Positions 32,723 through 45,500 of a DNA stretch of 64,000 nucleotides are shown here, one piece after another. The position numbers and the translations under genes were made by a program. Positions within the stretch are counted from its first letter, which is position 1. Every line of letters begins with the position of its first letter. This DNA is from Ancylonema sp. (taxonomy: Eukaryota). A model generated the notes under the pieces. That model was not told the DNA's origin. It did no database searches and saw nothing but the letters and a program-made list of their open reading frames with translations. The stretch lies in contig JBFLGF010000138.1 of the NCBI GenBank assembly GCA_050230475.1, positions 1 to 64,000 of the forward strand, written 5' to 3'.

Positions 32723-35700
32723 CTGCAGGACACGTGGCATGAGGGAGGAAGCGTACGGAATCAGACGATGTTGTGCTGGGATCGCCCTGTGGTGCTGTGG
32801 TTGTGGTACTGTGGCATCCGTACAACATTTGTACGGATGTCACATTGTTGCCTTGTAATACATGAGGGTAGAAAGGTGGAAGATCTCCGCACTGATTCTA
32901 TAAGTAAATACGACGTGAGTGCAGACCGTCAGGGGATGGTCTAACTGACTGAGTCAACGGGGCATGCCACTGAAACGCGACTCAGATCCCATTCTATCGT
33001 CATCATTCCTGCTCACAACTTACCATTCTGGATATTCCGGTTTCCTCCTCCTGACTCGAGTTCGCTTGATCACTTCTGCCTCGGCACGTTTTCGTTTTCG
33101 TCAGCGATCTCCACACTTTTTTAGCTCGATTCAGAGGACCGGGTGAGTCATGCATCTCGCGGAACATGTGCCGAACTTCTCCGACTTCAATTTTTTTTCA
33201 GCGATGCAGCCATTATGCGGTATAAGCGGCAATAATATCCCCGTCCGGGAAGTGCTCTCTTCCTGCGCATGCACTCCATAACCCATTGCCTCTTTCACTA
33301 GAAACGTCGAATTCTCCGATGCAACAGCTAAGCAAAGACGCAGCATCATCGTACGCGCCGAAATGCGCCTTTCGTTCAGCGAGGCACGTAAGATTTTGAG
33401 GGGGAAATGGACGCGACACATCGTACGACCTGTCAGAGGGTTGTCAGCCGAAGTCTGCACCCCTTTCACGCACAAGTCAATGAACTACTCCACGTGGCAC
33501 AACTGAAGGCCGTTTTTAACACAGATGTAACCGCCCGCGGGCGAATCATATCCAGAAAGTCTCCGCTCGCGGGTGAATTCGCCTCCGGCCACCGCCTGGC
33601 GCGCGGGCTGGCGGCTCCATTTCGGAATTTCGTTTTTTGAGAGAGAGAAAATGCATTTTATTAAAGCACGATGGGAACCCTATTTGAGTACAAAAACAAC
33701 AATAATTGACCACCCTATAGGAAGAGAACCCTAAGGAGTTTTAAAAATTAATTTTTAAAACACTTCATGCTCTTCAATGTATTTTTGGGGGTATTCTAGA
33801 AAAGAGCATGTAGTTGATAAAACTATATGAATGATAGTTAAATGATAGTTCGATGCGAAATGATAGTGGGATGTGAAAACCGAAAACACCAATAAAAACT
33901 TACAAACACTTTATAGATCCCCCTTTCGGGCGGGGCTTTCCCGCCTAAATCGGACGCCTCCGGGCGAAGGTTTTGATGGGCATGTACATCTATGGTTTTT
34001 TACACCACCGCGTGATTGGGGACGGTGTACATAAGTTTTTTATTATACTTTTTTTGTTAAAAGAAACTTTATGTTGGAAGAAAACATAGGTTCGAAATTG
34101 TTCCAACAAAATGATCTATATAGATTACATTTTTCGTAACATTCATTGTTGGCAGATGTTATTTATATTCTGAAAAGGAGTTTCTTCTGTTACCTCACGA
34201 AGTAGGAGATGAAACGCCACCGAAGCATGGACAAGATAAAATGCCACCAAACGCATCTAGTCCTTCCTAAATACGATGACAAAAAAGGTCGAGAAATATG
34301 TCGTTGTATAGTTTTATTTGTACACCGTACATAGTACTTATCGAGGAATGTATACGTGTATATGTATTTACGAGATACATATTTTATCGCATTTTAGTAC
34401 CTTTTTTTTTTTTATAGCGACAAAGATCGACACGTTGGGGATCGCATTGTGCATAATTTGTCACATGCGAAAATTACCGTAATTCACTCTTCACGATGAA
34501 AAGTAGGTTCTAGAAATGTGTACTTGTAGGGGCGATCTAAATGTATCGAGGGCACTTTTGCCTAAAAATAAAAATACACAATTATATCATGGGAGTGGAT
34601 AGAAGGTAGGTACACGACTTAAACGTGTTAGCCCTCCGTACTACGGAGGGTTCCTCCGCGTCGCTCGCGCGGTGGCCAGCCATGCACATGTCGGTTGCCA
34701 CCCCCAAACCGCAACTGATTTAGTAACTCCAATATATCAAATTTACCAACCGTGCGGTGGCCAACCGCATGAATGGTGGTGGTCAATCCAAACCGCACAG
34801 ACATATGTGGTGGTCACAACCCTACACTGTAGACGTCCGACAAAGAGAGTTGGCATAATTTTTTCTCGTACTTTCCCATACACAAATACTCTGAATATGA
34901 GGTAAACATTGTAACAATATACATACGCAATTAAACGTCCTATAGTGTGCACAAGTGTTTCATGTGTCCGTGCATGTGTCTATGAGTTTTAACGTTGTTA
35001 TTTGAAATAACAAACATTAACAATTTGAGGTAATTCATTTCTAGCTTGCCCTTGCGTTCTTGACTTCCCCAACCCCCATGTTGCTAAAACTACCCACACG
35101 TACAAACCATTCGGAGTCTTGTCCCCGTGTCAAAACCGAGCGTGTCCGTGTTCGAAGACCGGAGGCAATTGCGTCGGTCACATTTTATCCTGCATAGTCC
35201 TCTAGAAAATTTACTCAAGGGATTGTCATCCTAGCTTGCGCCATTTCCAAACGAAAAGTAGTGACGGAGGAGCATGCAACCCATGGAATCTCGGTTGTCC
35301 AAGCCTGAAGCGCATATCCCAATTTGGACGGGTGTTAGGGTTGTGCCCGGCGCATTTTTTGTGGCATTTGGGGGACTAGGTCTTTTCCCAAGAGTTTGTG
35401 GTCAGATGCAAACGGGTGGGGTTATGCTAACCGTCTCACAACCGCCAACCGGATGGCCCAGCCCCCACGAGCAAAGGATGCGGCTAGATAGGCGGCGATA
35501 CCGGTAGTATGTAAATAAAGGAAAATATTGTGATAGAACAAGTAATCAAACCATACAAAACAAAAGGATTTGACTTCATCCACAAATGCATTCAAACCAT
35601 CAACAACAAGGTGCATGAGCTCCTCAAAACCTCCGGCAGGCGGCGGGCCCATGGTCAACCGTTTCTCATAAAAGCAATAACTCCTTGGGTAAGTTTACAC

Positions 35701-37638
35701 ATGTGCGATGTAGTGTTAGTGTAGGACTACCGTATCCTAGGTAAGTATATCAAGGTGAGACTGTTCGTTCGTTCCATTCTAGTTTTGGGGATATTCATGT
35801 GATTCGTGGACTCTCATCCTCCTCTCGCTCCTCATATCTGATTAACGGATAAATAAAAACCGCAGAAAATCTGAATACATTAAATCTCTGCCGGTTCCCT
35901 GCCACAAATTCGTTTCCTCCCTATCGAGTTCTACCGCCCTTCCCTCTACCAGGCCCAACCCTGTTGGGCTATATCTCTCTTGTATATTAGGGCTCGGTAT
36001 TTGGGCTCCCTACCGTGGTGGGGCATTAAAGTGTAGCGCTACAATAATCACACATGATAGTTTGGGGAAAGTACGGAATCTAAAGTTGAAAGTACTAAGT
36101 GCTAAAAATCGAGCAATTTATGATTGCAACTCGCATACATGTGAAACCATAATCAATTCCTAAATTATTGATAATTTAGGAATTATCAATAATTCACGAA
36201 GCCTTATTCAAATTATCTAAACACTTATGTTCCAAAATAAAGCTCGCCAAAGAATCCTAGTCAAGAGACATCCGTCCACTTAAAGTAAGGTTTGTGCGAC
36301 TTTATTTCTTGTATTCTCGAAGGTAATCGAGATTTTTAATTTCTAGTCACACGATCGACACTTGTGGCACCTCTCTTGGTGCTCCAAATTTTGAGCAAGA
36401 AGACCATTTTTCAACCACACCTAAAAAATACACAACCCGTCACGTTAACCAAGGGTCATAAAATTATTGCACAAATAATTATACCCATTCTATCACGGCA
36501 ATTTTGCAATATACCTCCATAAAATTTGGAATAGTCAGTCGACTGAAAACAATCCCAAAAAGGTGTGATGTACGAATCAGGAATCAATAAGACAAGAAAA
36601 AACCAGAATGGAGAATGAGAAGAGGAAGAAGACGCAGAGATACAATGAGACGTAGACACGTAACACTGTTCTTGTCGTCTATAAGGTACTGATGTCCGTT
36701 CGCTTTGGCACGACACTAAGCTCGGACTAAAAAATAAGACATGTCATAACAATGTTTGGGCTCTGTAGGGCACCAGCCAGCACACCAATGATTTTAGTCA
36801 GGAGGCAGCCGTACGTGTTGATCAGCTTCTTAGTGTCCCGAATTGCGAGATAAATTTTCGAAGCCAGTTGAATCGTATCCCGGTTCTCTCGTCGTCGGCT
36901 TTTGCCTTTTGTTGACGGAGGGCATGGTGGTCAAGGTGCAGGCTCCCAGGTTTCGTGTGTCGTACGCGCGTGGACAGAGACGTGGCGGTGAATGGAAGCA
37001 GTGCGTCCAGGGACGTTTGTTGCTGAGGGACGTGATGGAGACGTGATGGTTATTGCAAGAACCTTGCGATGCTGTCCGAGGAATGAGGGAGCTGAAGGCC
37101 AAAAAATGCGGTGGAAATCCCCAGGTGGTGGCGAAGGATTGCGTCGCCACTGCATCGCACCAACTTGTCCGCCGATCTGTGCCACGCGTGGAGACTGGTC
37201 TGGCACTCCTAGTTTGAAGAACGTTACCACTACCTAAGCAATCAGGCTGCGCTTTGTCGTACGAGGTAGATGAGGAGTCGTCACAAGCACCGTTTTTGAT
37301 TGGTCTGTTTTGTGGACCTGCCGCCACCTGCGGCAGGTCCACTAAACAGGTCCACCTGCGAAGCTTGTGGAACCATTTTGTAACAGTCAACTCCCGTTAT
37401 ACGAACTCCCTTACTGTATATGTAGTCATTTTACAATTACCGTACAGAGAAATCCCTAGAACGGTAACCGTACAGTGGATCGACAGGTTTCCATGAATTC
37501 TGTACACCATACTTTATGTACAACGAGCACCTCGTGTACATAGCAGAGCAGGCTACTCTCTAACTTAGGTAAAGTAGCACTGCTCGAGCGTTGCTGATAA
37601 CTACCAAATCGTCTCATCACTGTAGCCAGGGAGGCACT

Positions 37639-40600
37639 ATGAATTCATCCGCTCAACAGGTACGAGCCGTCCGACCCCTATGGACTTTCCAGAAACACAT
37701 GCGATCGCAACCGAGTGGTTGTCTATGTTTCCTCAATCGCCTCTCATCGTGTTTATCGACCCCCGCTCGTCAGTATTTGCATCGAGCTGAGTTTCACAGT
37801 ACATCATGGATGATCGTGAACGGCTATTCGAGTGAGTGAGTAGACACAATTTTGAAATCCCGTTCACAGTCGGGCAAAGCACTGAGCATATTTTCCCTTC
37901 CTTGTTTTCACGTACAGCCACCATGCAACATCCTGGAGAACAGTACCTTCCAATCTGGAGTGTCCAGCTGGCAAGGTACTGGAGGCTGTGAGCAGCTGAC
38001 AGCGGTCCCCGCCTCTCCCTTCGGCTCCCCTCACGGACCCCCGGCCACTCCATCCACCTCCAGAAACTCCTCCTCATACGGTTCTAATTTCTCTGATGAT
38101 CCGAACCGCCCCTCGCTCGCGGGCCCCACAGGTCCTTACATCGTCGTGTCCAACCGCACAGACACGTGGCAAGGCCCGTACCAAATCATCACAGATCGCG
38201 TCCGGTTATTCGTAACCTACGCAGTCACCGCATGGGTCCGAATCGGTCCCCCCAATCAATCCCCAGCCCTCGTATCCAATGTCGACATCGCTCTCAGTGT
38301 GGACGGCGCTTGGATGAATGTCGGAATGGTCGAATGCGATTCGCGAGGCTGGGTCCGGTGCGTGGGCTCATTCCGCCTCGAGAAAAAGGCCTCTTCTGTA
38401 AGGCTGTATCTGCAGGGCCCTCCGCCAGGTGTCGACATCTGGTTGGCCGACATTCGGGCTGTTCCTCAGGATCCAAAGGCTGAGCTGGCGCATCTCAAGC
38501 AGAAAGCGGAACAGGTACTCCACGATTCCCCGTTTCCCCGTATCCGATACTCGGAATAAGTACCGTTGACATGTTCGGGTCCTTACCCGCCCCCGCCCCT
38601 CATCCAGGTTCGCAAGCGCGACATCATCATCAACATCACCTCCGCCTCCTCCCCCTCCACCGCCCCCTCCCCGGTTACAGGCGCACACGTGCGAATGAAA
38701 CAGCGGTCTTCCTCTTTCCCCATAGGCTCCTGCCTCTCCCTGGCGCACATCCGATCCCCCGAATTCCGGCGCTTCTTTTCCGCCCACTTCGATTTCGCCG
38801 TTTTCGAGAACGAACTCAAGTGGCCCAGAATGGAGTGGCACCGCGGGATCCACGATTTCGACGCCGTGGATTCGCTGCTGACGTGGCTGGAGGGGGAGGA
38901 GATCCCCGTGAGGGGCCACTGCATTTTTTGGGACAACGAGTTGCCGCCATGGCTGCCCGGGCTGGAGGATGCCCAGCTCGCGGGTGGGTGGTTGGGGGCG
39001 GGGGGCGGGGGGGGGTGGGGGGGGGGGGAATTGAAGGTCGCTCGCGTTGCCATTTGCAAGGGTGCGATATGGGGGTCTCATATTGTGCTTATACATAAGC
39101 ATGTAGTGCTTATACATAAGCATATAGTGCTTATACAAAAGCATATAGTGCTTATACGTAAGCATATAGTGCTTATACATAAGCATATAGTGCTTATTAT
39201 ACATCTGAGCATTTACTGCTTACATGTAAGCATGTAGTGCTTACAAATAAGCATGTAGTGCTTATAAAATACCGTACTGGCCAGGTTTACCCCACCCTTT
39301 TTTCCAAACAATTTCTTAATTCTTACCCCACTCCCTTACCCTGGCCAAAAATAAACAATTATTGCGACCCCACGGCCTTCCCCCAGCCCATGTTTTTAGC
39401 AATTAATAACAAAAACCCATCAAATTAATACCCCAATTCGGCAACGGGTTTGATTTATTTCTAGACCCTAAATGTAGACAATCACAGCCCAATCACAGCT
39501 CAATCAAGCAAAGCCTGTAATATGTGCCAACCGCGCTTAAAAATTTGACATGCCCCGAGAATCGTGATCCCGACAAAATCCCGATTATTTAGAGCTTGCC
39601 GCCGGTGTTACCCCGCCTGGCATAATTTTAGGATAACATCCCACAAGTCCCTGAAAACGAATTACCAGATTTACTCAATACCCCAAAATCGAAAATCTTG
39701 AATTAATTTCCTTGCCCCACCTTAGCCACAAATAATTAATTGATGGGGTATTAAAGGTGGCCAGTAGGGTACAGTGTTCCCTCGATATAACGACAAAAAA
39801 AAATTCCATGAAAGTGTCGTTATATCGAGGTGTCGTTATACACTGTATAACGACATTTACTACTAGAATCTAAAATATATGTCGTTGTATCGAGGGACTT
39901 TGTGAATAAGCAAATGTGTTTCTTATGAGTTTCCTAGAGTAAGTTGCCTTGGCATGATTCTGAAATTCAGCGTGTGTATTGATATACGAGCTATACAAAT
40001 GCGTCATGATACCAATACATTCGGATGGACAAAATATACCACACAATTTTACGAGGAGAGTTGGGGAGGTATTAAGGTTGTTACAAAGCAACACCGGACA
40101 CGCACATTCTATTGGACCTTATGGAATTCTAAATAAATTTTGAGGTGCCGTTCTAGATTTTTCTCAATTTCCATACATCGTTATCTGCGAGCGATAGCGT
40201 TATATACAATGTATAACGACATTCATCAACAAAATTCTGAAATAATTTGTCATTATATTGAGTGTCGTTATGCTTATATCGAGGGCAATTTCATATTGAT
40301 TTTAAAAAAGTTCCAAAAAACTGTCGCTATACCGAGGTTGTCGTTATATCGAGGGTCGTTATATCGAGGAAGCACTGTAGTGCTCTTGTGTCCCGTACCT
40401 TGTATCCGTTTTGTTGTTGCATGCCAAGCGCGACATTTCGTTGCTTCAATTCGTCGAGTTGAAATGCTTAGAAAGGCTTCATTTGTGTGTGTGTGTCTGT
40501 GTTTTTTTTTTTTTTTTTTTGTGGGATTTTTGGGGATTTTGTGGATGGAGAGGCCGGGAGGGGGGGGGGGGGGGGACACAGCGTCGAGTTCGGCATTGCT

Positions 40601-41558
40601 AATGTCAAATCATAAGAGAGAACATTGTCATTGCCTACTCCTTGGTGCAGAGGCCATCGACAATAGAGTGGTATCCCTCTTGTCTCGTTACAAGGGTCGT
40701 TTCGCTCACTACGATGTGAACAACGAGATGTTGCACGGAGGGTATTTCAATAACCGCCTTGGGCCCGGGGTCATCACCCGCATGTTCCAATTGGCCAAAA
40801 CGACGGACCCAAACGCGCTCCTCTTCATGAACGACTACAACGTGGAAGACGGGAAGGACTGGAGAATAAACCCCCGAAAATACGCGCAGTCGATCCAAGA
40901 GTTACTGAGAAACGGAGCCCCCGTAGACGGGATAGGAGTGCAGGCCCATATAACGAATCCGGTGGTGCCACATGTCTTGGACGCGTTGGATGTGCTGGCA
41001 GAGGTCAAATTGCCGAAGAACCGGGTAGCGGGGAGCGATGCATCCGATAACCGGGTTTGTGGTGACCCGATGTTGTTAAGAGACGGGTTATTAAATGATG
41101 ACGTGTCATCGGGTGACCAACCGCTTCCCGTTTGGTTTACGGAAATGGATGTCGCTTCGTCGGACGAGGGCGTTCGAGCGGACGATTTTGAGATGATGTT
41201 GAGGACCGCGTTTGCACATCCCGTTGTAAAGGGGGTCGTTCTATGGGGGTTCTGGAAGGGCGGTGACAGGTATCCCACTTGTCGAGAAAACGCCGAGTTG
41301 GTGAACGGGGATTGGACGTTGAATGAGGCCGGGAGGAGGTTGGAGGCGATCTTGGAGGAGTGGAGGGGTGGGGAGGCGGTTGGGAAGAGTGATGACGGGG
41401 GACGGTTTGTTGGTAGGGGGTGGTTGGGGAAGTATGATGTGAGCGTGGAATGGAATGGCTACGTGCATCACGAGGTGGTTGACCTTGATAGAGGGGTGGG
41501 GCCAAAGGAAGTTGATATAAATTTATGTGCACTACAGGAGGGGGGGTTGGTAATGTAG
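37639..41558 (+). CDS. Endo-1,4-beta-xylanase, CBM + GH10 (copy 2)
   Basis: Exons 37639-37659 (MNSSAQQ, less certain), 37918-38514, 38608-38983, 40651-41558; same intron positions and motifs as copy 1 (AVFENELKW, RGHCIFWD, YDVNNE, VWFTEMD). Confidence 0.92.
39084..39265. repeat. 21-bp palindromic minisatellite (tagtgcttatacataagcata) in xylanase intron
   Basis: About 8 units, each containing tgcttat..ataagca. Confidence 0.9.
39272..39769. mobile_element. TA-flanked MITE (CCGTA-type ends)
   Basis: Ends ccgtactggccaggtttacccc / ggggtattaaaggtggccagtaggg, TA at 39270-39271 and 39770-39771. Confidence 0.65.
39772..40377. mobile_element. pogo-like MITE
   Basis: TIRs cagtgttccctcgatataacgac / gtcgttatatcgaggaagcactg, TA on both sides, many subterminal gtcgttatatcgagg repeats. 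Confidence 0.9.
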
Positions 41559-42299
41559 ATGATGGCGTAAGTGCCGATATATGGTGTTTCGTTTTTTTTT
41601 TTTTTTTTTTTTTTGGGGGTGTTAATAATACCTGGCGGTTTCATGAGCTCAAGAGCTCCCATCTTTTGAAGCTCAATGTAGTGGGTAGATGCATCGCCAA
41701 TGGTGGGGGGCATGATAAGGGCAATGAGATTATGTAGTGCAAATGTCCGGATTTTTCGTTTAGTGCACATTTGTATAAACACTTGTGGCAAAAATGTAGC
41801 ATCAACTTGGGGGTTAAAAATGATATTGTGTGGATATATAATAAGGCAAAGGCGTGAAACTTGCACAAGGCAAAACCCAACGCCGTAAAGGTCGTGAAAA
41901 ACAATTGATCGATCGATTACTTGTATTGCACTTGTTATCCACTTCCATTATTGATTATGTACTCTTTGACATACATAGCTGTGTCTCCCCCCAAAGATGT
42001 CAATTGCCTAGTCGATCTTAGGTTGTTAAGGGATTCTCCAGACATGATAGGCAGTCACCGAATATGATTTCACGTATATCGTTTAGTAGAGGGACCGGTA
42101 TAGCGCCTAGGTTTGTAACGTCATGTGAGTACTTGCTCATTCATGTAAGCGAATTCCGTACTTAAAACCAGATATTAGACGAGCCCCAATACTTAGCTCG
42201 TGCTCCCTCTAAGAACCAATATCAATTGTGCGTGTGGAGTATCGCAAAGAGAGTCAAGTGTTCTCTTCATGGTATTGGTATCATACAAGAAACATGTGT

Positions 42300-42516
42300 T
42301 GTGAGTGCTTTCTTCTGCCATCGATGCAAGAATAAAGCACAACTCTCTCAGACAACTCTTGAATCGAAAGATCACGTCATTACAAACGTTGACACAACAA
42401 AAGTGCAACTTTGAAGTAGAAAAGTCTGATTACAGAATTCAGCATACAAGCTCAGACCTAGTACAGTCGATTGTTACCTGGTCAAAGAATCTACTGGTAT
42501 TGAAACTATTCGTCAA
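42300..42516 (+). repeat. Left terminal inverted repeat of the copia element
   Basis: Reverse complement of 47312-47528; about 12 differences in ~217 bp by manual alignment, outer 68 bp identical. Confidence 0.95.
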
Positions 42517-45500
42517 CTGCCAATCATATCCAAGCATTCTGCCACATCAACTAGTTCTTATCGACACTTGTGCCAGATGGCCAAGCGTAATCATTGAAAC
42601 AAGGACATCGGCCTGCAGCCGGCCTGCAGCCGGCCTGCCGCCTGCATTTGCTGCTGAATAACGACAAAACTAAAGCTAAATTCCCGGTATTGCTAACGAT
42701 ATAACGAAAACTAACATTTTCCTTGTTGTGTTCTTCCCCCCTCCCTGGGTACTTTTGTATTCCCCCTCCAAAATCGATAACCAAAAACGATATCGATTTT
42801 ACAAACACAAGTCGACATTTATTTTTCATACACAAACCCCACCAGATCACAATTTTTCTGTAACACCTTGGCAGACACTGCTTTGGTCAGCATATCAGCA
42901 GCCTGGTCTTCACTCCGTACAAACTGCAGATTGGATCTTTTTCTTGGTCACCCTCTCTCGAATGGAATGATACTTGATCTCGATGTGTTTGGGGAGCGCT
43001 TGTGTGGAAAAATAGGATTCTCAACAAGTTTCAAGGAACTCTCATTGTCTCCCAGCAATAGCACACTCCCCCCACCAATACCCAACTCTTTTTGCATCTG
43101 GCTCAAATAAATGGCCTCATTTCCCAACAGCACTCAATGCCAAGTACTCACTCTTACAGCTCGAGTGTGTGACTGTATCCAGGAGACCACTTTTCCAACT
43201 CACAGCAGCTCCTCCACTAAGAAAGACATAGCCGGTTCTCCCCTTCCTAGTGTCGACGTCGTCACCATGACTAGCATCTGAGTAGCCGATGACTGGCAAA
43301 TCACCTCCTTTCTTATACATCAGCCCCAAAATTACAGTTCCCTTGAGATATCGCAAAACTCTCTTTACCCCCTCCCAATGCTTGTCCCCTGGCTGCTGAC
43401 TGTATCGACACAAGGAGTTAACAGCAGCTGCCAGATCAGGTCTTGTCTCAGAAGTGAGATACAGCAAACTGCCCATTGCAGACTTGTAGCCCACACCCTC
43501 TATTCCAGCAGATTCAGAAGCAGATTCACAGTTTGCAGAAAATTTTACACCCAGCTCAAGAGGAGCAGCAGAATTGCAATCTTGCATCCCAAACTTGGTG
43601 AGGAGATCTCTGGCATATTTCTTTTGCATCAAAAACACGTGTCCATCAGACTGCCGTCGAATCTCAAGCCCCAGCAAGAATTTTGCTTCCCCCAGTTCTT
43701 TCATGTTATACTTCTTTCCCAATCCTCTTTTCACCCCAAAAATAGTATCCAGCCTGATGCAGAGGAGAAACACATTATCCACATAGAGCGCCAAGTAGAG
43801 TGCTTCTGGCCCTGCTCCCAGAATATAAAGGTCAAAATCTGAAGCGAGACGATGAAACTGCAAGCTTTTCAGCACGTCGTCGATGTGCTGATTCCATCCT
43901 CTCGGTGCCTGCTTGAGGCCATACAAGCACCTGAGTAGTAGCCACACCAAATCTGCTTCACCAAGCCCACACGTGCCGTCAGGGGCCTTCATGTACACCT
44001 CCTCTTCCAGGGGTGCATGGAGAAAAGCTGTCGTTACATCCATCTGATGCATGTGTAGACCCCTGGAAGCTCCCATGGCGACAAGTTGGCGAATGCTCTC
44101 AAAACGAACAGTTGGAGAAAAGGTCTGATCGTAGTCCTCTCCCTCTACTTGACTGAACCCCTTAGCCACAACTCTTGCTTTGTATTTTTCTACAGAACCA
44201 TCTGCATTGAATTTGATTTTGAACACCCACTTTGACTTCACAACTTTCTTCCCCTTCGGCCTTGACACAAGTCGATAGACCTGGTTTTCTTGTAGACTGC
44301 CATTTCTGCAGCCATTGCAGCTTTCCACTCAGCTGCTTGTGGGCTGTTAAGAGCGTCCTCGACAGTCGTTGGTGTCTTTATCTCACTTTCCAAGTTGGCA
44401 ACAAAAGCAGCAACAAATTTGTTGGGATGCATTCCTCTGTTCTCCCTTGCAGATCGACGAATAGGCTCTGGATCATCGATAGAAGTTTCTGAAAGTTGTC
44501 GTTCACGCCAAGTGGATTAAAAGGAGTAGCATCATCTGGGTACCATTCTGGACCATCTTCCAGATGATCTTCGTCTGCATCGCCTCCACTAGAATTGCTG
44601 ACAAGTTCTGGAAGATCTGCACTCTGAGGAAGAGGAGATGATCTCGGAAGCTGTGGCAATTTTCCGACAGCATCAGGGATCTCTTCATCGACAGAATTTG
44701 GATCGCCATAGGCAGGTTGCCCACCTCCAGAAATACCCCCTCCGAGACCAACACTACCCCCCTCCTGCTCCTTGATCAGCTGCATCCAGATCTAGCCATG
44801 ACATTTTTGTTTGTGCAACTGGCTCATGCACTCTTGCCTTCTTGCCAATTTTTTGTCCCCTCCACCAGCTTTGCTTGACAGATTCATCGAAGTCTACATG
44901 ACCAGTGCCAACGTTGTGTACTTTGTTCGTTGCAAGATCCCAGACTCGGTACTCGGTAGCAAGGACTGTCGGGATTCCATCCAACTAACACACCAAGCCA
45001 AGCCAGCGCACTCATTTTCCCAGCCCGATCTTATTTCTCCAGTCGCACATAAACTTTGCAGCCGAATGATCGAAGATGATCAACCTTTGGAACTTCTCCT
45101 GACCACATCTCCTCTGGAGTTTTTGGAAGTCCGCTGACTTGACATCGATTTCTGAGGTATGAAGCTAAGGAGATTGCTTCTGCCCACAGACGGAAGTTGC
45201 ATGTGCAAAAACATAAGCCCTCTTGCAACGTACGATTCATGCGTTCTGTGATTGCATTGCCTTGAGAAGTGTTTGGCGGAGTTGTCTCATGTCTGATGCC
45301 TCTGTTTTTGAGCCACTTCTGTAGATCACCATCGATAAACTCTCCTCCTCGATCTGATCTCAGATTCACAGGTTTCCAAGCTTGTCTTTCCCAGATTGTG
45401 ATCCATTGCTTTAGACGAGGAGCTGCATCATCTTTGCTGCGAAGTATTTCCACCCAGGATTTTCGACTGTGTTCATCGACGAGCACCATGTTGTACACCA

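Noticed and set aside
34632..34650. Perfect palindrome ccctccgta-c-tacggaggg and other GC hairpins at 33560-33960 and 55225-55270
   Set aside because: Probably transposon-end remnants; no partner ends or TSDs could be defined.
39084..39265. CRISPR-like palindromic repeat array
   Set aside because: Units are contiguous without unique spacers, lie in a eukaryotic intron, and no cas genes are present.
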